Origin: Camelus dromedarius
Taxonomy: Eukaryota
DNA length: 64,000 nt
Assembly (NCBI RefSeq): GCF_036321535.1
Contig: NC_087436.1
Span: 3,720,001 to 3,784,000, forward strand
Direction: 5' to 3'
Part shown: positions 53,101 through 64,000 of the stretch, piece after piece
Layout: each line of letters begins with the position of its first letter
How positions within the stretch are numbered: the first letter of the stretch is position 1
Position numbers and translations under genes: made by a program
The notes under the pieces: model-generated
The model's input: only the letters and a program-made list of their open reading frames with translations
What the model was told of the DNA's origin: nothing
Database searches by the model: none

Positions 53101-56100
53101 AAGCTAGGTGAAGGACGGCTTTCACACCCACTTATCTCTCAGAACTGAGCATGTGGAAAGACGTTCGTTCATCTAGCTCAAAGTGAACGGGTTGCAGGGA
53201 AACTTTTACTCTGATTTCTCAGTCTGTTTCCTAGTGCCGGTTTGAAGTTCCTGCAGTTTTCACTATAAAACCGATTTGGAGCTTGTACCTCCCCATATAT
53301 ATGTATGGAGTGGAGTTTGCAAATGAAAAGAAACTTTGTGTTCCCAACAAGCTAGGTGAAGGACGGCTTTCACTCACACATATCTCTCAGAACTGAGCAT
53401 GTGGAGAGACGTTCGTTCATCTAGCACAAAGGGAACGGTTTGCAGGAGAAATTTTTACTCTGGTTTCTCTGTCTGTTTCCTACTGTCGGTTTGAAGTTCC
53501 TGCAGTTTTCACTGTAAAACTTAGTTGGAGCTAGTACTTTTCCATATAAATATATGGATTTGAGTTTGCAACTGAAAAGAAACTTTGTGTTCCCAACAAC
53601 CTAGGTGAAGGACGGCTTTCACACACACTTATCTTTCAGAACTGAGCATGTGGAGAGACGTTCATTCATCTAGCAAATAGGGAACGGTTTGCAGGAGAAA
53701 CTTTTACTCTGGATTCTCAGTCTGTTTCCTAGTTCCGGTTTGATGTTCCTGCAGTTTTAACTGTAAAACCGAGTTGGTGCTAGTACCTCCTCATATAATT
53801 CTATTGAATGGAGTATGCAACTGAAAAGAAACTTTGTGTTCCCAACAAGCTAGGTGAAGGACGGCTTTCACACACACTTATCTCTCAGAACTGAGCATGT
53901 GGAGAGACGTTCGTTCATCTAGCACAAAGGGAAAGGGTTGCAGCAGAAACTTTTACTCTGTTTTCTCAGTCTTTTTCCTAGTGCCGGTTTGAAGTTCCTG
54001 CAGTTTTCACTGTAAAACCGAGTTGGAGCTAGTACCTCCCCATATATATGTATGGAGTGGAATTTGCAAGTGAAAAGGAATTTTGTGTTCCCAACAAGCT
54101 AGGTGAAGGACGGTTTCACACACACTTACCTCTCAGAACTGAGCATGTGGAGAGACGTTCGTTCATCTAGCACAAAGGGAACGGGATGCAGGAGAAACAT
54201 TTACTCAGGTTTCTCAGTCTGTTTCCTAGTGCCGGTTTGAAGTTCCTGCAGTTCTCACTGTAAAACCGAGTTAGAGCTTGTACCTCCCCATATATATGTA
54301 TGGAGTGGTGTTTGCAACTAAAAAGAATCTTGGTGTTCCCAACAAGCTAGTTGAAGGACGGCTTTCACACACACATATCTCTCAGAACTGAGCATGTGGA
54401 GAAACGTTCGTTCATCTAGCACAAACGGAAAGGTTTGCAGCAGAAACTTATACCATGGTTTCTCAGTCTTTTTCCTAGTGCCGGTTTGAATTTCCTGCAG
54501 TTTTCACTGTAAAACCGAGTTGGAGCTAGTACCTCCCCATATATATGTATGGAGTGGAATTGGCAACTGAAAAGAAACTTTGCGTTCCCAACAAGCTAGG
54601 TGAAGGACGGCTTTCACACACACTTATCTCTCAGAACTGAGCATGTGGAGAGACGTTCGTTCATCTAGCACAAATGGAACGGGTTGAAGGAGAAACTTTT
54701 ACTCTGGTTTCTCAGTCTGTTTCCTAGTGCCGGTATGAAGTTCCTAAAACTTTCACTGTAAAACAGAGTTGGAGCTAGAACCTCCACATATATAGGTATG
54801 GAGTGGAGTTTGCAACTGAAAAGAAACTTTGTGTTCCCAACAAGCTAGGTGAAGGACGGCTTTCACACACACTTATCTCTCAGAACTGAGCATGTGGAGA
54901 GACGTTCGTTCATCTAGCACAAAAGGAAATGTTTGCAGCAGAAACTTTTACTCTGGTTTCTCAGTCTGTTTCCTAGTGCCGGTTTGAAGTTCCTGCAGTT
55001 TTCATTGTAAAACAGATTTGGAGCTAGGACCTCCCATTATATATGTATGGAGTGGAGTTTGCAACTGAAAAGAAACTTTGTGTTCCCAACAAGCAAGGTG
55101 AAAGACGGCTTTCACTCACACTTAACTCTCAGAACTGAGCATGTGGTGAGACGTTCGTTCATCTACCACAAAGGGAACGGGTTGCAGGGGAAACTTTTTC
55201 TCTGGACTCTCAGTCTGTTTCCTAGTGCCGGTTTGAAGTTCCTGAAGTTTTCACTGAAAAACCGAGTTGGATCTAGTACCTCGCCATATATATGTATGGA
55301 GTGGAGTTTGCAAGTGAAAAGAAACTTTGTGTTCCCAACAAGCTAGGTGAAGGACGGCTTCCACACACACTTATCTCTCAGAACTGAGCATGTGGAGAGA
55401 CGTTCGTTCATCTAGCACAAAGGGAACGGTTTGCAGGAGAAACTTTTACTCTGGTTTCTCAGTCTGTTTCCTAGTGCCGGTTTGAATTTCCTGCAGTTTT
55501 CACTGTAAAACCGAGTTGGAGCTAGTACCTCCCCATATATATGTATGGAGTGGAATTGGAAACTGAAAAGATACTTTGCGTTCCCAACAAGCTAGGTGAA
55601 GGACGGCTTTCACACACACTTATCTCTCAGAACTGAGCATGTGGAGAGACGTTCGTTCATCTAGCACAAATGGAACGGGTTGAAGGAGAAAGTTTTACTC
55701 TGGTTTCTCAGTCTGTTTCCTAGTGCCGGTATGAAGTTCCTGAAACTTTCAGTGTAAAACCGAGTTGGAGCTAAAACCTCCACATATATAGGTATGGATT
55801 GGAGTTTGCAACTGAAAGGAAACTTTGTGTTCCCAACAAGCTAGGTGAAGGACGGCTTTCACACACACTTATCTCTCAGAACTGAGTATGTGGAGAGACT
55901 TTCATTCATCTATCACAAAGGGAATGGATTGCAGGAGAAAATTTACTCTGGTTTCTCAGAGTGTTTCCTAGTGCCTGTTGGGAGATCCTGCAGTTTTCAC
56001 TGTAAAACCGAGTTGGAGCTAGTACCTCCCCATATATATTTATGGAGTGGGGTTTGCAAGTGAAAACAAACTTTGTGTTCCCAAAAAGCAAGGTGAAGGA

Positions 56101-59100
56101 CGGCTTTCACACACACTTATCTCTCAGAACTGAGCATGTGGAGGGACTTTCGTTCATCTAGCACAAAGGGAACGGGTTGCAGGGGAAACTTTTACTCTGG
56201 TTTCTCAGTCTGTTTCCTAGTGCCGTTTTAAAGTTCCTGCAGTTTCACTGTAAAACAGAGTTGGAGCTAGTACCTACCCATATATATGTATGGAGTGGAG
56301 TTTACAACTGAAAAGAAACTTTGTGTTCCCTACAAGCTAGGTGAATGACGGCTTTCACACCCACTTATCTCTCAGAACTGAGCATGTGTAGAGACGTTCG
56401 TTCATCTAGCACAAAGGAACGGTTTGCAGGAGAAACATTTACTCTGGTTTCTGAGTCTGTTTCCTAGTGCCGGTTTGAAGTTACTGCAGTTTTCACTGTA
56501 AAACCGTGTTGGAGCTAGTACCTCCCCATATATATGTATGGAGTGGAGTTTGCAACTGAAAAGAAACTTTGTGTTCCCAACAAGCTAGGTGAAGGACGGC
56601 TTTCACACACACTTATCTCTCAGAACTGAGCATGTGGAGAGACGTTCGTTCATCTAGCACAAAGGGAACGGTTTGCAGGAGAAACTTTTACTCTGGTTTC
56701 TCAGTCTGTTTCCTAGAGCCGGTTGGATGTTCCTACATTTTTCCGTGTAAAACCGAGTTGGAGCTAGTATCTCCCCATATATATGTATGGAGTGGAGTTT
56801 GCAAGTGAAAAGAATCTTTGTGTTCCCAACAAGCTAGGTGAAGGACGGGTTTCACACACACATATCTCTCAGAAATGAGCATGTGGAGAGACATTCGTTC
56901 ATCTAGCACAAAGGGAACGGGTGGCAGGAGAAACTTTTCCTCTGGTTTCTCAGTCTGTTTCCAAGTGCCGGTTTGAAGTTCCTGCAGTTTTCACTGTAAA
57001 ACCGATTTGGAGCTTGTACCTCCCCATATATATGTATGGAGTGGATTTGGCAACTGAAAAGAAACTTTGTGTTCCCAACAAGCAAGGTGAAGGACGGCAT
57101 TCACACACACTTATCTCTCAGAACTGAGCATGTGGAGAGACGTTCGTTCATCTAGCACAAAGGGAACGGGTTGCAGGAGAAACTTTTACTCTGGTTTCTC
57201 AGTGTGTTTCCTAGAGCCTGTTGGAAGTTAGTGCACTTTTCAGTGTAAAACCGAGTTGGAGCTAGTACCTCCCCATATATATGTATGGAGTGGAGTTTGC
57301 AAGTGAAAAGAAACTTTGTGTTCCCAACAAGCTACGTGAAGCACGGCTTTCACACACACTTATCTCACAGAACTGAGCATGTGGAGAGACGTTCGTTCAT
57401 CTAGCACAAAGGGAACGTTTTGCAGGAGAAACTTTTTCTCTGGTTTCTCAGTCTTTTTCCTAGTGCCTGATTGAAGTTCCTGCAGTTTTCCCTGTAAAAC
57501 CGAGATGGAGCTAGTACCTCCCCTTATATATGTATGGAGTGGAATTTTCAAGTGAAAAGAAACTTTGTGTTCCCAACAAGAAATATGAAGTACGGATTTC
57601 ACACACACTTATCTCTCAGAACTGAGCATGTGGAGAGACGTTCGTTCATCTAGCACAAAGGGAACGGGTTGCAGGAGAAACTTTTACTCTGGTTTCTCAG
57701 TCTGTTTCCTAGTGCTGGTTTGAAGTTCCTGCAGTTTTCACTGTAAAAACTAGTTGGAGCTAGTACCTCCCCCTATATATGTATGGAGTGGAGTTTGCAA
57801 ATGAAAAGAAACTTGGTGTTCCCAACAACATAGGTGAAGGACGGCTTTCACACACTAATAACTCTCAGAACTGAGCATGTGGAGAGACGTTCGTTCATCT
57901 AGCACAAATGGAACGGGTTGCAGGAGAAACTTTTACACTGGTTTCTCACTCAGTTTCCTAGTGCCGGTTTGAAGTTCCTCCAGTTTTCACTGTAAAACAG
58001 AGTTGGAGCTAGTACCTCCCCTTATATATGTATGGAGTGGTGTTTGCAACTAAAAAGATACTTTGTGTTCCCAACAAGCTAGTTAAAGGACGGCTTTCAC
58101 CCACACATATATCTCAGAACTGAGCATGTGGAGAGACGTTCGTTCATCTAGCACAAATGGAACCGGTTGCAGGAGATAACTTTTACTCTGGTTTCTCAGT
58201 CTGTTTCCTAGTGCCGGTTTGAAGTTCCTGCAGTTTTCACTGTAAAACCGAGTTGGAGCTAGTACATCCCCTTAAATATGTATGGAGTGGTGTTTGCAAG
58301 TGAACAGAAACTTTGTTTTCCCAAAAAGCTAGGTGAAGGACGGCTTTCACACACACTTATCACTCAGAACTGAGCATGTGCAGAGACGTTCGTTCATCTA
58401 GCACAAAAGGAACGGGTTGCAGGAGAAAATTTTACTCTGGTTTCTCAGTATGTTTCCTAGTGCCGGTTTGAAGTTCCTGCAGTTTACACTGTAAAACGCA
58501 GTTGGAGATATTACCTCCCCATATATATGTATGGAGTGGAGTTTGCAAGTGAAAAGAAACTTTGTGTTCCCAACAAGCTAGGTGAAGGACGGCTTTCACA
58601 CACACTTATCTCTCAGAACTGAGCATGTGGAGAGACGTTCGTTCATCTAGCACAAAGGGAAAGGGTTGCAGCAGAAACTTTAACTCTGCTTTCTCAGTCT
58701 GTTTCCTATTGCCGGTTTGAAGTTTCTGCAGTTTGCACAGTAAACCCGAGTTGGAGCTAGTACCTCGCCATATATATGTATGGAGAGGAGTTTGCAAGTG
58801 AAAAGAATGTTTGTGTTCCCAACAAGCTACGTGAAGGACGGTTTTCACACACACTTATCTCTCAGAACTGAGCATGTGGAGAGACGTTCGTTCATCTAGC
58901 ACAAAGGGAAAGGGTTGCAGCAGAAACTTTTACTCTGTTTTCTCAGTCTTTTTCCTAGTGCCGGTTTGAAGTTCCTGCAGTTTTCACTGTAAAACCGAGT
59001 TGGAGCTAGTACCTCCCCATATATATGTATGGAGTGGAATTTGCAAGTGAAAAGGAATTTTGTGTTCCCAACAAGCTAGGTGAAGGACGGTTTCACACAC

Positions 59101-62100
59101 ACTTATCTCTCAGAAATGAGCATTTGGAGAGACGTTCGTTCATCTAGCACAAAGGGAACGGGTTGCAGGAGAAACTTTTACTCTTGTTTCTCAGTCTGTT
59201 TCCTAGTGCCGGTTTGAAGTTCCTGAAGTTTTCACTGTAAAACCGAGTTGGAGCTAGTACCTCCCCATATATATGTATGGAGTGGAGTTTGCATCTGAAA
59301 AGTAACTTTGTGTTTCCAACAAGCTAGGTGAAGGACGGCATTCACACACACTTATCTCTCAGAACTGAGCATGTGGAGAGACGTTCGTTCATCTAGCACA
59401 AAGGGAACGGGATGCAGGAGAAACATTTACTCAGGTTTCTCAGTCTGTTTCCTAGTGCCGGTTTGAAGTTCCTGCAGTTTTCACTGTAAAACCGAGTTAG
59501 AGCTTGTACCTCCCCATATATATGTATGGAGTGGTGTTTGCAACTAAAAAGAATCTTGGTGTTCCCAACAAGCTAGTTGAAGGACGGCTTTCACACACAC
59601 ATATCTCTCAGAACTGAGCATGTGGAGAAACGTTCGTTCATCTAGCACAAACGGAAATGGTTGCAGCAGAAACTTATACCATGGTTTCTCAGTCTTTTTC
59701 CTAGTGCCGGTTTGAATTTCCTGCAGTTTTCACTGTAAAACCGAGTTGGAGCTAGTACCTCCCCATATATATGTATGGAGTGGAATTGGCAACTGAAAAG
59801 AAACTTTGCGTTCCCAACAAGCTAGGTGAAGTACGGCTTTCACACACACTTATCTCTCAGAACTGAGCATGTGGAGAGACGTACGTTCATCTAGCACCAA
59901 GGGAACGGTTTGCAGGAGAAACTTTTACTCTGGTTTCTCAGTCTGTTTCCTACAGCCGGTTTGATGTTCCTGCAGTTTACACTGTAAAACAGAGTTGGAG
60001 CTAATACCTCCCCATATATATCTATAGAGTGGAGTTTGCAAGTGAAAATTAGCTTTCTGTTCCCAACAAGCTAGGTGAAGGACGGCTTTCACACCCACTT
60101 ATCTCTCAGAACTGAGCATGTGGAAAGACGTTCGTTCATCTAGCTCAAAGGGAACGGGTTGCAGGGAAACTTTTACTCTGATTTCTCAGTCTGTTTCCTA
60201 GTGCCGGTTTGAAGTTCCTGCAGTTTTCACTGTAAAACCGATTTGGAGCTTGTACCTCCCCATATATATGTATGGAGTGGAGTTTGCAAATGAAAAGAAA
60301 CTTTGTGTTCCCAACAAGCTAGGTGAAGGACGGCTTTCACTCACACATATCTCTTCAGAACTGAGCATGTGGAGAGACGTTCGTTCATCTAGCACAAAGG
60401 GAACGGTTTGCAGGAGAAATTTTTACTCTGGTTTCTCTGTCTGTTTCCTAATGTCGGTTTGAAGTTCCTGCAGTTTTCACTGTAAAACTTAGTTGGAGCT
60501 AGTACTTTTCCATATAAATATATGGATTTGAGTTTGCAACTGAAAAGAATCTTTGTGTTCCCAACAAGCTAGGTGAAGGACGGCTTTCACACACACTTAT
60601 CTTTCAGAACTGAGCATGTGGAGAGACGTTCATTCATCTAGCAAATAGGGAACGGTTTGCAGGGGAAACTTTTACTCTGGATTCTCAGTCTGTTTCCTAG
60701 TTCCGGTTTGATGTTCCTGCAGTTTTAACTGTAAAACCGTGTTGGTGCTAGTACCTCCTCATATAATTCTATGGAATGGAGTATGCAACTGAAAAGAAAC
60801 TTTGTGTTCCCAACAAGCTAGGTGAAGGACGGCTTTCACACACACTTATCTCTCAGAACTGTGCATGTGGAGAGACGTTCGTTCAACTAGCACAAAGGGA
60901 ACGGGTTGCAGACGAAACATTTACTCTGGTTTCTCAGTCTGTTTCCTAGGCCCGGTTTGAAGTTACTGCAGTTTTCACTGTAAACCGAGTTGGAGCTATT
61001 TCCTCCCCATATATATGTATGGAGTGATGTTTGCATCTGAAAAGAAACTTTGTGTTCCCAACAAGCTAGGTGAAGGACGGCTTTCACACACACTTATCTC
61101 TCAGAACTGAGCATGTGGAGAGACGATCGTTCATCTAGCACAAAGGGAACGGGTTGCAGGAGAAACTTTTACTCTGGTTTCTCAGTCTGTTTCCTAGGCC
61201 CAGTTTGAAGTTCCTGCAGTTTTCAATGATATCCGAGTTGGAGCTAGTTCCTCCCCATATATATGTATGGAGTGGAGTTTGCAACTGTAAAGAAACTTTG
61301 TGTTCCCAACAAGCAAGTTTAAGTACGGCTTTCACACACACTTATATCTTAGAACTGAGCATGTGGAGAGACGTTCGTTCATCTAGCACAAAGGGAACGG
61401 TTTGCAAGAGAAATTTTTACTCTGGTTTCTCTGTCTGTTTCCTACTGTCGGTTTGAAGTTCCTGCAGTTTTCACTGTAAAACTTAGATGGAGCTAGTACC
61501 TCCCCATATATATATATGGAGAGAATTTGCAAGTGAAAAAATCTTTGTGTTCCCAAAATGTTAGGTGAAGGACGGCTTTCACACACACTTATCTCTCAGA
61601 ACTGAGCATTTGGAGAGACGTTCGTTCATCTAGCACAAAGGGAACGGGTTGCAGGGGAAACTTTTACTCTGGTTTCTCAGTCTGTTTCCTGTTGCCGGTT
61701 TGATGTTCCTGCAGTTTTCACTGTAAAACCGAGTTGGTTCTAGTACCTCCCCATATATATGTATGGAGTGGAGTTTGCATGAGAAAAGAAACTTTGTGTT
61801 CCCAACAAGCTTGGTGAAGTACGGCTTTCACACACACTTATCTCTTAGAAATGAGCATGTGGAGAGACGTTCGTTCATCTAGCACAAAGGGAACGTGTTG
61901 CAGGAGAAACTTTTACTCTGGTTTCTCGGTCTGTTTCCTAGTTCCGGTTTCAAGTTCCTGCAGTTTTCACTGTAAAACCGAGTTGGAGCTAGTACCTCCC
62001 CATATATATGTATGGAGTGGTGTTTGCAACTGAAAAGAAACTTTGTGTACCCAACAAGCTAGGTGAAGGACGGCTTTCACACAAACTTTTCTCTCAGAAC

Positions 62101-63594
62101 TGACCCTGTGGAGAGACGTTCGTTCATCTAGCACAAAGGGAACGGGTTGCAGGAGAAACTTTTACTCTGGTTTCTCAGCCTGTTTCCTATGCCCAGTTTG
62201 AAGTTCCTGCAGTTTTCTCTGTAAACCGAGTTGGAGCTAGTTCCTCCCCATATATATGTATGGATTTGAGTTTGCAACTGAAAAGAAACTTTGTGTTCCC
62301 AACAAGCTAAGTGAAGGACGGCTTTCACACACACATATCTCTCAGAACTGAGCATGTGGAGAGACGTTCGTTCATCTAGCACAAATGGAACGGGTTGCAG
62401 GAGAAACTTTTACTCCGGTTTCTCAGTCTGTTTCCTAGTGCCGGTTTGAATTTCCTGCAGTTTTCACTGTAAAACCGAGTTGGAGCTAGTACCTCCCCAT
62501 ATATATGTTCGGAGTGGAATTTGCAACTGAAAAGAAACTTTGTGTTCCCAACAAGCTAGGTGAAGGACGGCTTTCACACACACTTATCTCTCAGAACTGA
62601 GCATGTGGAGAGACGTACGTTCATCTAGCACCAAGGGAACGGTTTGCAGGAGAAACTTTTACTCTGGTTTCTCAGTCTGTTTCCTACAGCCGGTTTGATG
62701 TTCCTGCAGTTTACACTGTAAAACAGAGTTGGAGCTAATACCTCCCCATATAAATCTATAGAGTGGAGTTTGCAAGTGAAAATTAGCTTTCTGTTCCCAA
62801 CAAGCTAGGTGAAGGACGGCTTTCACACCCACTTATCTCTCAGAACTGAGCATGTGGAAAGACGTTCGTTCATCTAGCTCAAAGTGAACGGGTTGCAGGG
62901 AAACTTTTACTCTGATTTCTCAGTCTGTTTCCTAGTGCCGGTTTGAAGTTCCTGCAGTTTTCACTATAAAACCGATTTGGAGCTTGTACCTCCCCATATA
63001 TATGTATGGAGTGGAGTTTGCAAATGAAAAGAAACTTTGTGTTCCCAACAAGCTAGGTGAAGGACGGCTTTCACTCACACATATCTCTCAGAACTGAGCA
63101 TGTGGAGAGACGTTCGTTCATCTAGCACAAAGGGAACGGTTTGCAGGAGAAATTTTTACTCTGGTTTCTCTGTCTGTTTCCTACTGTCGGTTTGAAGTTC
63201 CTGCAGTTTTCACTGTAAAACTTAGTTGGAGCTAGTACTTTTCCATATAAATATATGGATTTGAGTTTGCAACTGAAAAGAAACTTTGTGTTCCCAACAA
63301 CCTAGGTGAAGGACGGCTTTCACACACACTTATCTTTCAGAACTGAGCATGTGGAGAGACGTTCATTCATCTAGCAAATAGGGAACGGTTTGCAGGAGAA
63401 ACTTTTACTGTGGATTCTCAGTCTGTTTCCTAGTTCCGGTTTGATGTTCCTGCAGTTTTAACTGTAAAACCGAGTTGGTGCTAGTACCTCCTCATATAAT
63501 TCTATTGAATGGAGTATGCAACTGAAAAGAAACTTTGTGTTCCCAACAAGCTAGGTGAAGGACGGCTTTCACACACACTTATCTCTCAGAACTG
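44116..63594. repeat. 39-monomer HOR (9701 bp), 2 near-identical tandem copies, chimeric between family 1 and family K
   Basis: The offset is a constant 9701 bp: 45346/55047, 47202/56903, 48905/58606, 50497/60198 and 52427/62128. Identity ends near 53893/63594 (ctgagc vs ctgtgc). Confidence 0.93.
50130..53893. repeat. Family K 11-monomer HOR (2733 bp), ~1.4 copies
   Basis: The cctacagcc subtype occurs at ~50248 and ~52982. One monomer is missing relative to the 38.3-41.1k copy (offset drops from 11694 to 11445). Confidence 0.85.
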
Positions 63595-64000
63595 TGCATG
63601 TGGAGAGACGTTCGTTCAACTAGCACAAAGGGAACGGGTTGCAGACGAAACATTTACTCTGGTTTCTCAGTCTGTTTCCTAGGCCTGGTTTGAAGTTACT
63701 GCAGTTTTCACTGTAAACCGAGTTGGAGCTATTTCCTCCCCATATATATGTATGGAGTGGTGTTTGCATCTGAAAAGAAACTTTGTGTTCCCAACAAGCT
63801 AGGTGAAGGACGGCTTTCACACACACTTATCTCTCAGAACTGAGTATGTGGAGAGACGATCGTTCATCTAGCACAAAGGGAACGGGTTGCAGGAGAAACT
63901 TTTACTCTGGTTTCTCAGTCTGTTTCCTAGGACCAGTTTGAAGTTCCTGCAGTTTTCACTGTTATCCGAGTTGGAGCTAGTTCCTCCCCATATATATGTA
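59830..64000. repeat. Family K 11-monomer HOR continuing to the window end
   Basis: ORF markers at 60887/63620 are offset by 2733 bp, and the K subtype order continues past the end of the 39-mer duplication. Confidence 0.85.

Larger units (their letters stand above)
1..64000. repeat. Tandem satellite DNA array, ~249-bp monomer, ~257 copies, continuing past both window ends; likely centromeric or pericentromeric
   Basis: CCTAGTGCCGG or a close variant recurs at 1, 250, 500, 749 and onward in one orientation to the end of the window. Consensus: cctagtgccggtttgaagttcctgcagttttcactgtaaaaccgagttggagctagtacctccccatatatatgtatggagtggagtttgcaactgaaaagaaactttgtgttcccaacaagctaggtgaaggacggctttcacacacacttatctctcagaactgagcatgtggagagacgttcgttcatctagcacaaagggaacgggttgcaggagaaacttttactctggtttctcagtctgttt. 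The centromeric location is inferred from architecture only. Confidence 0.98.

Noticed and set aside
1934..63826. All 60-123 aa ORFs in the six-frame track
   Set aside because: They are translations of the same satellite monomer in several frames and on both strands. They open or close with single subtype SNPs, recur at HOR periods and show no recognisable protein domain.
1..64000. CRISPR-like repeat-spacer array
   Set aside because: There are no unique spacers. The entire 249-bp unit is repeated and no cas genes are present.
1..64000. Tandem RNA gene cluster (5S rRNA, tRNA, snRNA) or SINE array
   Set aside because: I saw no recognisable 5S, tRNA or snRNA sequence, no convincing Pol III A/B boxes, no poly-A tails and no target-site duplications.
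1..64000. Identification as primate alpha satellite or another named family
   Set aside because: The monomer is 249 bp rather than 171 bp, and I do not recognise the sequence. A database search is needed.

Overview
The whole 64 kb is one uninterrupted, head-to-tail, single-orientation satellite DNA array of about 257 monomers. The monomer is about 249 bp (247-250), about 45% GC by hand count, with one PstI site, one HpaII/MspI site and 6 CpGs in the consensus. I found no genes, RNA genes, transposon insertions, CRISPR or inversions; every ORF in the track is a by-product of the repeat. Monomers fall into recognisable subtypes in fixed order, forming higher-order repeats (HORs): 6-mer (1489 bp), 15/16-mer (3726/3975), 24-mer (5972), 28-mer (6968), two different 21-mers (about 5226), a second 11/12-mer family (2733) and a chimeric 39-mer (9701) that fuses both families. 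This resembles a eukaryotic, probably vertebrate, centromeric or pericentromeric satellite, but I cannot assign the species or a named family. The most notable points are the reconstructable HOR genealogy through in-register chimeric monomers, a split CENP-B-box-like motif, dense dyad symmetry and a strongly transversion-biased substitution spectrum. Subtype letters are my own labels, and all counts were made by hand.
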